Assembly: GCA_016934535.1 (NCBI GenBank) | Contig: JAFGSQ010000057.1 | Span: 1 to 38,403, forward strand | Reading direction: 5' to 3' | DNA: 38,403 nucleotides | Origin: a candidate division WOR-3 bacterium | GTDB lineage: Bacteria > SDB-A | Part shown: positions 26,579 through 34,384 of the stretch, piece by piece | Layout: each line of letters opens with the position of its first letter | Numbering within the stretch: the first letter of the stretch is position 1 | The notes under the pieces: generated by a model | Told to the model about the DNA's origin: nothing | The model's database searches: none | What the model saw: only the letters and a program-made list of their open reading frames with translations | Program-made: the position numbers and the translations under genes

Positions 26579-28012
26579 TTATATCTGCGGTTTATCCCTG
26601 AAAAATCTGACGTTCCATCTGTAAACGAGTGACGGAAAAAAATCCCTTTTTCTTATATCCGGATGTCGCGATATCAAAATAAAGAACCATGTCATCAGTA
26701 TCACGCCTTTGAATACACTGCTGATGCTGATGCTCCACCAAACCCCGTCAATTCCGAGAAAAGTGCCTGCGAGAAAGTAAGCCGCCGGTACGCGCATACC
26801 GGTGAAAATAATCGAAACCAGTGAAGGAGGCACTGTTTTTCCGAGTCCGTTGAAAGCGCCGGCTGAGATTATCTCAAAGCACATGAAAATCTGGGATAGA
26901 GAAAGAATTCTCAAATACGAGATTCCGTGTGAAATCGTCTCGGCGTCTTTTACGAAGAAAGACATTATCTGCAAAGGCAGGAAGAAGAGGACTGAAAAAG
27001 CCACAAAACCGAGCACGATCATAAGAAAGAAAGACGCAGTGAATCCCTTGACTATTCTGGCCCATTTTCCCGCTCCGAAATTCTGGCCGGTAAAGGCGCA
27101 GAGAGCCGTGGAAAATCCGCTCGCGGTCATGTAAGAAATTCCTTCCACCTGGATGCCGATTTTCTGAGCCGCGATAGGCAGGGCTCCGTATCTGGCTATG
27201 ACTCTCGCTAGAAAAATGGCGATGACAGTAAATGACATGGACTGAACAGCGACGGGTGTGCCGAATTTTAAAATCCGGGATATGTGAGGGGTAGACATCT
27301 TGCTGAAAAAATTAAATTTTTTGAAAGGGATTTTTTTTACGCTCATGTATGTTATAAAAATAAAAGTAACGAGCGCCTGGGAACCGATAGTAGCCCACGC
27401 CGCGCCTGCCACTCCCATTTTCGGAAAGAAGCCGGGGCCGAAAATAAAGAGCGGGTCAAAAATTATGTTTGCCGTTATACCGGCTGAATTGATGATAAAG
27501 GGAATTCGGCTGTTCCCTGTGCCGTTGAAAATCCCGGAAAGAACCGGATTTATAAACATGAAAACCGCTCCAAGAGAGATAATCCCCGCGTAATCTACGG
27601 CCATAGTGACGACGGAAGCGTTGTCGAAACCGTAAAAAGCGACGAAACTTTTTCTGAACAGAAATATGAAGCATCCGAAAAGAACCGACATTATCAAATT
27701 TATGTGGACGGCGTTTCTGGCGAATTTTACGGCTGAATCAGGGTCGTTTTTACCTATTGACTGCGCGACGCAAATTTCTGCCCCGACTTTGGATACAATT
27801 ATGAAAGACATGCCGAGCCAGACCAAAAATCCCGCAGTTCCGACGGCGGCGACGGCTTCACTGCTCAATCTCCCTATCCATATCATGTCGGTGATACTGT
27901 ATGCCAGATGGATCAAAGACGTGCCGATAACGGGCAGTGCCAGTTTGACAAGCTGAGGTAAAATAGATCCTGTTGTAAGGTCAACAGAAGTTATGCTATT
28001 CTTATTTTCCAT
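26579..28012 (-). CDS. MATE family efflux transporter
   Basis: DLTTGSI...LALP, DMIWIGRL...AVAAVG, NIIFDPLFIFG...MGVAGAAWAT and GQNFGAG motifs; about 12 TM segments. Start reassigned to the ATG at 28012. Confidence 0.95.
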   Translation of the reverse strand: MENKNSITSVDLTTGSILPQLVKLALPVIGTSLIHLAYSITDMIWIGRLSSEAVAAVGTAGFLVWLGMSFIIVSKVGAEICVAQSIGKNDPDSAVKFARNAVHINLIMSVLFGCFIFLFRKSFVAFYGFDNASVVTMAVDYAGIISLGAVFMFINPVLSGIFNGTGNSRIPFIINSAGITANIIFDPLFIFGPGFFPKMGVAGAAWATIGSQALVTFIFITYMSVKKIPFKKFNFFSKMSTPHISRILKFGTPVAVQSMSFTVIAIFLARVIARYGALPIAAQKIGIQVEGISYMTASGFSTALCAFTGQNFGAGKWARIVKGFTASFFLMIVLGFVAFSVLFFLPLQIMSFFVKDAETISHGISYLRILSLSQIFMCFEIISAGAFNGLGKTVPPSLVSIIFTGMRVPAAYFLAGTFLGIDGVWWSISISSVFKGVILMTWFFILISRHPDIRKRDFFPSLVYRWNVRFFRDKPQI

Positions 28013-28034
28013 AATTTCAGAGGTAATTCCGTGG

Positions 28035-28063
28035 ATTATACAACTAAAAAAATGTTTTTGAAA
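28035..28063 (-). promoter_or_regulatory. Putative promoter of the MATE gene
   Basis: Minus-strand TATAAT at 28040-28035, with TTTCAA 17 nt upstream. Confidence 0.4.
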
Positions 28064-28098
28064 GGAAAGTAATTCAGGTGAACGGGAAACTGAAAAGC

Positions 28099-28776
28099 AT
28101 GTATTCACGCAAAAAAGCCGTCATATTCGACCTTTTTCACACTCTCATCACTCTCGACGGTCTGGCCGATGATGTCCCTCAAACACACGAGATAATCGGA
28201 GTGACGAGGGAAGAGTGGGAGGATCGGATTTTTTCCGACGTAGATGAAAAACTCAAAGGGATAGAGAAAAATCCGTACAATATTATGGAAAAAATGATTC
28301 GCGCTCTAAAACCTTCGATTGAAGACGAATTAATACTTTTGGCACTAAAAAACAGAACGGAGCGCTTTGAAAGAGCTTTGCTGAAAGTCCCGGAAATTTC
28401 TCTGATGTCACTTGAGAAAATGAAAAAAGAGGGAAAATTATTGGGCCTGATTAGCAACGCTGACGTCATAGAGATATCCGGATGGGACAATTCTCCGCTG
28501 AAAGAATTGTTCGACGCGCCCGTTTTTTCGTGCCGTGTAGGCTGCATGAAGCCGGAAAAAGAGATATATTGCATTTGCCTTGAAAAACTCGGGGTCAAAG
28601 CGAGGGACAGTTTTTTTGTCGGCGACGGAGGGAGTGACGAGCTTCCGGGAGCTAAAAACGCGGGGCTCGAAACCGTAATGATAACCGGATACGTCGAAAA
28701 AAGATGGCCGCATCTAATTCCCGAAAGGAAAAAACACGCAGATTTCGTCATCAGAACTTTAGACGAGTTGTCGTGA
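28099..28776 (+). CDS. HAD-superfamily hydrolase (subfamily IA)
   Basis: Motif I VIFDLFHTL, motif II LISNAD, motif III KPEKEIY, motif IV FVGDGGSDELPGA. Alternative GTG start at 28078. Confidence 0.9.
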   Translation: MYSRKKAVIFDLFHTLITLDGLADDVPQTHEIIGVTREEWEDRIFSDVDEKLKGIEKNPYNIMEKMIRALKPSIEDELILLALKNRTERFERALLKVPEISLMSLEKMKKEGKLLGLISNADVIEISGWDNSPLKELFDAPVFSCRVGCMKPEKEIYCICLEKLGVKARDSFFVGDGGSDELPGAKNAGLETVMITGYVEKRWPHLIPERKKHADFVIRTLDELS

Positions 28777-28794
28777 GAGCGCTGAAAATATTTT

Positions 28795-30324
28795 CTATAA
28801 AACCGTGATTCTTTTTCTTTCCATCGAATTGCCAACTCCTGGAAACTTAATTTCGATGAAATAAACTCCCGAACGAATATTGTTTGCGTTGATAGTGTTT
28901 ATGCCTTTTGATCCTGTCACGGTGCCTGATTTAAAAATCGATCTGCCTGAAATGTCATAAATCGAAGCTTCAAAAGAACAATCAAACGGTAAAATCAGAT
29001 AAAGAGGTTCAGAAGGTTTTATTATGGAAGGGTATATTTGTGAAAGAACCGGAAGCTCCTGGTTCGTTGTCTCTTCGATTCCGAGAGTCCAAGGTGCGTC
29101 TATCCAAAGGTCAAAACGAAGATAACCGGTGTAGATCACTGCGCTGCCGGAAGCCCCTGCGCCAGGAGAGTAGCAAATTTTTGGATTAGTTCCGTCAGGT
29201 ATGTAATGACAGGGATGATTGTTTATGAAAGCTGATTGAAATGACCATGTCCCGTGATTTGATCCCGCCGCCCATCCCCAGAAAATCTTTGTCGAGTCGT
29301 TCGACAAATCGTGAAAAAGATAAGACATGTTGACGTACATGTTGCCGTAGGACTTGTAAAATCTGATGTCCGCTCCCGATTCCATGTATATCGAGCTTGC
29401 GATTGTAGTCTGTGTCCAGGGATATATTGTGCTGTCCGGGTGTTTTACCGAAGCTACATAAACGTCAAGGTCGTTTTGACCGGGATTGTATTCGTAGGTG
29501 TAAGCGCACCAGATCGCCGGATTGTTCGGGTCGTTCGAACATGCTATTCGGGGCTGGACGCACGCGAGATTCCTGTCCGCAATTTCAAAAGAGTCTCCAA
29601 TCGGATTGCCGTATTCCGAACCGAAAATCCATCCGTAGATATTTATCGAATCTCTCAGAGGCGACTGAACGCTTGCCGCCCAGGACAAGTAGAGTTCGTT
29701 TCTCGGACTTTGGCAAATAGACACATCGGAGTCGAAAGCTTTTCCGTGTGCATCTATCAGGTAAGTACCGTGCCACGATACGCCTCTGTCGTTGCTTCGG
29801 TAAAAATAAAGTCGGGAATCTTCGCTCCAGAAGATAGCCGAGAGAGTCGAATCGCCGTTGTGGTCGTATTGTGCGACGTCAAAACTGTTAGGCCATGCGT
29901 ATGCGTACACCAGCTCATTTGACTGAAGGGCGTGAGCAGTTAGATTGTATCTGTGAAGACAGAGTCTGTTGAAAAGTCCGCCGACATTGAAAAAGAAAAT
30001 AAAGAGGTAGTCGTCTCCTAGTTCGCTGGCTATAACTTTCATTCTTTCATATTTGCCCAAAGATTGTATGGTGTCAAAAACATGCCAGCTTCCACCGTGA
30101 TTTGTCGACCTGTAGATGATGACAGGGTAGCTGTCGGGTGACATGACCACTGTGTCTTTCTGAACAACAGCGAACATCGTGCCGTCACAGAGATAATCGC
30201 AGTCGAAACAGGTAATTCTGCCCAAAGATATCCTGACATCGTTGCCCCAGTCAGGAGATTGGGAGATCAAAGAAGTTAAATAAATGGTCAGAAACAAGAC
30301 GAAGAACACTGTGTAAAATTTCAT
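28795..30324 (-). CDS. Secreted Asp-box (BNR repeat) probable beta-propeller protein with T9SS-type C-terminal domain
   Basis: Signal peptide. Asp-boxes YRSTNHGGSW and YRSNDRGVSW. C-terminus GIEE...IYP...IYDISGR...SGVYFI...KRITVL. AAGGAGG RBS. Confidence 0.8.
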   Translation of the reverse strand: MKFYTVFFVLFLTIYLTSLISQSPDWGNDVRISLGRITCFDCDYLCDGTMFAVVQKDTVVMSPDSYPVIIYRSTNHGGSWHVFDTIQSLGKYERMKVIASELGDDYLFIFFFNVGGLFNRLCLHRYNLTAHALQSNELVYAYAWPNSFDVAQYDHNGDSTLSAIFWSEDSRLYFYRSNDRGVSWHGTYLIDAHGKAFDSDVSICQSPRNELYLSWAASVQSPLRDSINIYGWIFGSEYGNPIGDSFEIADRNLACVQPRIACSNDPNNPAIWCAYTYEYNPGQNDLDVYVASVKHPDSTIYPWTQTTIASSIYMESGADIRFYKSYGNMYVNMSYLFHDLSNDSTKIFWGWAAGSNHGTWSFQSAFINNHPCHYIPDGTNPKICYSPGAGASGSAVIYTGYLRFDLWIDAPWTLGIEETTNQELPVLSQIYPSIIKPSEPLYLILPFDCSFEASIYDISGRSIFKSGTVTGSKGINTINANNIRSGVYFIEIKFPGVGNSMERKRITVL

Positions 30325-30417
30325 TCTTCCTCCTTTAAGAGTTTTTTAGGCAATGCCCGCAAGAGATTATGTTCTGTTTTTATTACAAAGCAAACGAAAT
30401 TTTTAGGCCAAAAAATG

Positions 30418-30537
30418 TCAAATATCCGGACCCATCACTTGATTCAAACCGGTAATCTTTGCCGCGATTTCGGTAAGCGGTATTATATCCTCGCGGCCGA
30501 TATATTTAAGCGCAAAATTCCTATTCAGCGCCGCGGA
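30418..30537 (-). pseudogene. Probable 3' remnant of an FMN-binding glutamate synthase family gene
   Basis: A frame absent from the ORF track reads SAALNRNFALKYIGREDIIPLTEIAAKITGLNQVMGPDI*, resembling the C-terminus of that family as I recall it. It has no start codon and begins just after the REP hairpin. Confidence 0.5.
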
Positions 30538-30555
30538 CAGCGGACAAACCTACAA

Positions 30556-30582
30556 TAGGGGCACGATACATCGTGCCCCTAC
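30556..30582 (-). repeat. GTAG-type REP-like hairpin
   Basis: Perfect 12-bp inverted repeat TAGGGGCACGAT-AC-ATCGTGCCCCTA (30556-30581). The minus strand begins GTAG. It lies within the RAYT remnant. Confidence 0.8.
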
Positions 30583-30754
30583 CATCGTCGGTAATAACAA
30601 TAATCCCATGAAAATGGTTCGGCATTACAACGAATTCACAAGATTCGATATTTGGCCGCATTTCGGGCGTTTTTATCCATTCATTTTCAACGATTTTTCC
30701 GTATTCATTCAACGCCATTTTCCCGTTCGTAACATCGCCGAACAAACATTTTCT
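30556..30754 (-). mobile_element. Truncated REP-associated tyrosine transposase (RAYT, Y1 HUH family) remnant
   Basis: RKCLFGDVTNGKMALNEYGKIVENEW...FVVMPNHFHGII carries the HUH motif at 30608-30616. The N-terminal YFVT segment and the C-terminal catalytic Tyr region are missing. Confidence 0.85.
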
Positions 30755-30764
30755 GCCTACCACC

Positions 30765-30900
30765 TCCCGTAAACTCTGGCAATAGGGAGGCGTTTCAAGT
30801 CCAATAAAGCGGCTCAATTTCAAAAGACCATTTTGGGCTCAATTTATGACGACCATTTAGAATTGTCGACCGGGCAATATTCATGGCGTATTTCCCTTTT
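30765..30900 (-). pseudogene. Possible frameshifted HigA-like (XRE HTH) antitoxin remnant
   Basis: MNIARSTILNGRHKLSPK (ATG at 30884) followed in another frame by LKLSRFIGLETPPYCQSL. Together these resemble the HigA pattern ..ISRST..I.NG...I.P.MAL.LSR.FG..P.FW.NLQ. Confidence 0.4.
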
Positions 30901-30957
30901 TTCAACCTCGTAAAAGTATGTTCTGTTTGTCATCTCTCGGTTGTCGGGACTCAACAC

Positions 30958-33768
30958 TTAATGTAATAAAAGTTTTTCAACAACGTCACTTGGATGAAAT
31001 GACACCTCCCAGTGCCATTTTCCGAAACCGCCGTGTTCATTGACAGCATTTACCCATTCGTCTAAAAATTCCCGCTTGACCTGATTTTGCTGGTTGTCCT
31101 GACCCTTGGTTTCGAGGATCAAATAATGGCCGTTTTTCAGGCGTATTATAAAATCGGGGTAGTATTTTCGAATGATTCCGTTGTAATTGTAAAGTATGAC
31201 AAAACCCAGATGGTCATTCTTTACGAAAGAATCAACGAGTTCGGATTTATCAAGACTGTATGCTTCATTCGCTTCCCAGGAGCTGTCATAAACGCAGTGG
31301 TTAATGTGTGATTTTTCGGTCCATTCACAGGGTTTGCTTGTGTACCATGTCCTGACGTCTGAAGTTGAGCGTATGGGTTTTTCAACATCAAAAACCGGAG
31401 TCAGCTCCATCGTGTTTTCCGTTCGTATTTCCGACCAGATGTGCTGGATTATTTTATTCATATTGAGGATTATTAGAATTTTCCTTTTTACATCATCTTG
31501 GCTGAACAGGTCATGTTTCACTCTGATTTTATCTGAATCAATGAATTGTTCCACAATTCTGACGACCTGAGCCAAGAAGACTTCTTTACTGCCTTTCCAG
31601 TCCGGTTTTTTCTCTGAATTGTATATTGTAGAGGCAATCCTGAAGACTATTGTCTGGACGCGGGTGTCCTCTGCTATTTTTTCAAGGCCTATGGCGGTCT
31701 TGACCTTGTGGTTGGGTTTTCCTGCAATAATGGCTGCAAGTTCCGCTTCGGTGATGGATTCATAGGGGTCTATTTCAAGGACTTTTACTTTGTCCAAATC
31801 GAGGTTTAAACGTGGTCTATATACATGGTCAATGCGTAAAATGTTCGGCCAGATAATTTCGTGCCGGATTTTTTCGACAACCGGTTCGATTTTCGTTTTG
31901 GGGAGAGGGGGTGGCGGCGGCGGACCTTCTCCGCCTTCATGCGGCAGAAAAGTAAAAGGCACGCCGAATATGTTGACATATTCGGGTTCATAAAAGCTGT
32001 CGTCACCAATGTCGTACGATACCCGGCGGAGGCCTCGCCCGACAACCTGTTCACAAAGCAGCTGACTTGAAAAAGCGCGTAAACCCATAATATGGGTTAC
32101 GGTTTTTGCATCCCATCCCTCGGAGAGCATTCCGACTGATATTACATTCTGAATCTGTTCACCGGGGTGACCTTCACGTCCGACAGTGTCGACTTTCAAC
32201 CTCAGAAGTTCCGCGCGTTGTTTATTGGTGAGTTTTGGTTCGTTTTCTTCATCTTCAATTTCATTATCTATATCAATTTCTATCGCTTCTGTTTCAGATT
32301 CGGCGCTTTCGAGCACCTTGCTGTCTATTTGAAGAATTTTTTCAGGTTCGCATAGTTCAGGTATGAGTACCTGCTTGTGGTCAAAAGCGAATTTTAACCT
32401 TGCCGAAGTTTCGGTTCTGTTTGCCACCGTTATCATGACTGGTGGAACTTTGTGACCTGTTTTTTCCCATTCTTTTTTTGTCTCGAGCCAGTCCCTTCCG
32501 AGAAGATAATAGGCGTTGATTATCAAATCGGGCAAAGGTTCGGTTTCATCGGCTCTGCGGTTTATGTCATCTCTCACTTCTTCGTCGGCATAGATATGAT
32601 ACAGTCTCGATTTTAATTCTTTTGTCCTTTCACTGTCGTCGCGAATTACGACTCTCGGTGTCTTGACAATCCCTGATTCGATGGCGTCGTTTAGCCCGAA
32701 ATCGGACACAATCCATGAAAACAGTGCTTCTTCGGCCGCCTGCTTACCGGAGGGAGCAAATGGCGTTGCAGACATGTCAAAACAGCGGAGAATCCCGCGC
32801 TGTTCGTGAATGCGGTCAAGCCCACCGACCCAGATCGTCGCCTCTTCAGCGCTGTCTCTGTCGGAACCCAACCTTTGGTATTTTCCCTGAGCTTCAGGAT
32901 TTAACCGCCATGCGTGGTGCGCTTCGTCATTGATTACTATAAGGTTTCTTGCACCGGCCATTTCTCCGAGAACTTGTTTTATGTATGCTTCGCCGCTTAT
33001 TTCTATCCGCTTTCTTTTGTCAACGGAGCGTATCTGTCCTTTTTCAACTTTTGCGTCAATTTTTTCCTGAGAGTCCCATGCAAGTGTGTGCCAGTTGTGT
33101 ATGACAACTTTTCCCTGTCTGAGTTTGTCCATGAGGCTGTGGGGGACTAAATTGAATTCTTCATAGTAATTTTCCGGATGCGTGGGTTGTAACACCTGCA
33201 GTCGGCTCTTAACTGTGAGACCTGGCGCAATGACAAGAGCGTTTTTGCTGAAACGGGCGTCCATTGAATTTGTGACTTTGTTGAGAAAGTTCCATGCAAT
33301 TATCATGGCCATTATAATCGTCTTGCCTGACCCAGTGGCCATTTTACTGCACCATCTTTCAAAAGCGCTGCCGTCGCCTTTAATATCTATGCCGACCCTT
33401 TCGCTGGCAGGCGCTTCTGTGAGCCATATCAGCGTTTCAATGGCCTCTAACTGGCAGAAGAATAATCGGCGTTCTTTTCTCTCTTCCGGGTCCGTCCAAT
33501 GCTGGAGAAGTCTCTTTGTAATGCCGGTTGCGCTGGGATAGCCTTTTTCGCGCCATTCCTTTACACGGGGTCTGATTTTGTTTACAAGTTCGATTTCAAT
33601 AAAAATTCCCGGATCGTCAAAAGCCATAGAATTGGGTGTCGCCATGACATAACCTGCTGGTCTGCGTCCTTCTTTTATATAAAAATTTCTGTTTTCCCTG
33701 TCGTAGAACCAGTGCTGTGATGGTTCCTTGTATGGGCTGTTAATTATTAGTCTGTCAATACTTTCCAT
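30958..33768 (-). CDS. Type III restriction endonuclease Res subunit (SF2 helicase plus PD-(D/E)xK nuclease; BPTD_3080-like family)
   Basis: FFCQLEAIET, Walker A MATGSGKT, Walker B INDEAHH, SATP, MLSEGWD, EQVVGRGLRR, and nuclease YYPDFII...ILETKG. Confidence 0.93.
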   Translation of the reverse strand: MESIDRLIINSPYKEPSQHWFYDRENRNFYIKEGRRPAGYVMATPNSMAFDDPGIFIEIELVNKIRPRVKEWREKGYPSATGITKRLLQHWTDPEERKERRLFFCQLEAIETLIWLTEAPASERVGIDIKGDGSAFERWCSKMATGSGKTIIMAMIIAWNFLNKVTNSMDARFSKNALVIAPGLTVKSRLQVLQPTHPENYYEEFNLVPHSLMDKLRQGKVVIHNWHTLAWDSQEKIDAKVEKGQIRSVDKRKRIEISGEAYIKQVLGEMAGARNLIVINDEAHHAWRLNPEAQGKYQRLGSDRDSAEEATIWVGGLDRIHEQRGILRCFDMSATPFAPSGKQAAEEALFSWIVSDFGLNDAIESGIVKTPRVVIRDDSERTKELKSRLYHIYADEEVRDDINRRADETEPLPDLIINAYYLLGRDWLETKKEWEKTGHKVPPVMITVANRTETSARLKFAFDHKQVLIPELCEPEKILQIDSKVLESAESETEAIEIDIDNEIEDEENEPKLTNKQRAELLRLKVDTVGREGHPGEQIQNVISVGMLSEGWDAKTVTHIMGLRAFSSQLLCEQVVGRGLRRVSYDIGDDSFYEPEYVNIFGVPFTFLPHEGGEGPPPPPPLPKTKIEPVVEKIRHEIIWPNILRIDHVYRPRLNLDLDKVKVLEIDPYESITEAELAAIIAGKPNHKVKTAIGLEKIAEDTRVQTIVFRIASTIYNSEKKPDWKGSKEVFLAQVVRIVEQFIDSDKIRVKHDLFSQDDVKRKILIILNMNKIIQHIWSEIRTENTMELTPVFDVEKPIRSTSDVRTWYTSKPCEWTEKSHINHCVYDSSWEANEAYSLDKSELVDSFVKNDHLGFVILYNYNGIIRKYYPDFIIRLKNGHYLILETKGQDNQQNQVKREFLDEWVNAVNEHGGFGKWHWEVSFHPSDVVEKLLLH

Positions 33769-34375
33769 TTCCGAAACCTTTGGTGAATTTAGAAAGGGAA
33801 TTAACTGCCCTTTTGAAGCTATCGGACAATTCAGCGGCTCTTTCGATTTTCCAGTAATTGTTCACGTAATCTGCCAATCGTGAATTGTATCCAGGTCCCT
33901 GTTTGTAGGAAGATTTTTCTTTTCGCACTATATCGCTTTTCAAATCCCTGCTTTTACTGCGATCAACCATCGATATCAGCTTTCCTTTCGGATCAGGTAT
34001 ATCATCTGGTGAATTGACTTCTTTTTTTATAAAAGAATGATCAAGTTTTGAAAATTCAGAAAAACCTTTTGTATCGGCGAGAAGCCAAGATTCGATCTCC
34101 CGGACTGCGATTCTTAATAGTATGTTTTGTTTCAATGACCTGTTTACCCATTTATCAATCAAACAGGGAGCGCATTCGTCGGAGTTTAAGTCTGCGAGGA
34201 TAAAAAAATGTAATTTATTTTGATTGTTGAAGCCGTTTATTTTACCCTGTATGTAGCTTCGTCCACGCTTGCTAAGCGCAACGATATTAAGAAAATTAGA
34301 TGAGAAACAATTTGAAATCATTCTCCGCATGACCGTTTCACTCAACTGGTCTTCACAAACAATGAATAGTGTCAT
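33755..34375 (-). CDS. DUF4276-like TOPRIM-fold protein (putative nuclease effector)
   Basis: IVCEDQLSE (TOPRIM Glu), FILADLNSDECAP (DxD position), AVREIESWLLAD, PDPK and SDSFKR motifs. The stop overlaps the res start by 14 bp. Confidence 0.78.
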   Translation of the reverse strand: MTLFIVCEDQLSETVMRRMISNCFSSNFLNIVALSKRGRSYIQGKINGFNNQNKLHFFILADLNSDECAPCLIDKWVNRSLKQNILLRIAVREIESWLLADTKGFSEFSKLDHSFIKKEVNSPDDIPDPKGKLISMVDRSKSRDLKSDIVRKEKSSYKQGPGYNSRLADYVNNYWKIERAAELSDSFKRAVNSLSKFTKGFGNGKY

Positions 34376-34384
34376 TAGCAGGTC

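Noticed and set aside
28179-28835. 218-aa minus-strand ORF
   Set aside because: Antisense shadow of the HAD hydrolase, with Ser/Phe-rich composition and no motifs.
29311-29922. 203-aa plus-strand ORF
   Set aside because: Antisense to the Asp-box secreted protein, with no RBS or motif support.
30385-30421. TTGACA on the minus strand as promoter of the Asp-box gene
   Set aside because: No acceptable -10 hexamer at 16-18 nt spacing.
30556-30581. Hairpin as an intrinsic terminator or CRISPR repeat
   Set aside because: Single copy, no U-tract, no spacers or cas genes. The GTAG-led structure inside a RAYT fits a REP better.
30521-30823. Intact 100-aa gene or active IS200/IS605 element
   Set aside because: It lacks the catalytic Tyr region and the proper N-terminus, has no tnpB, and looks chimeric. 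Treated as remnants.
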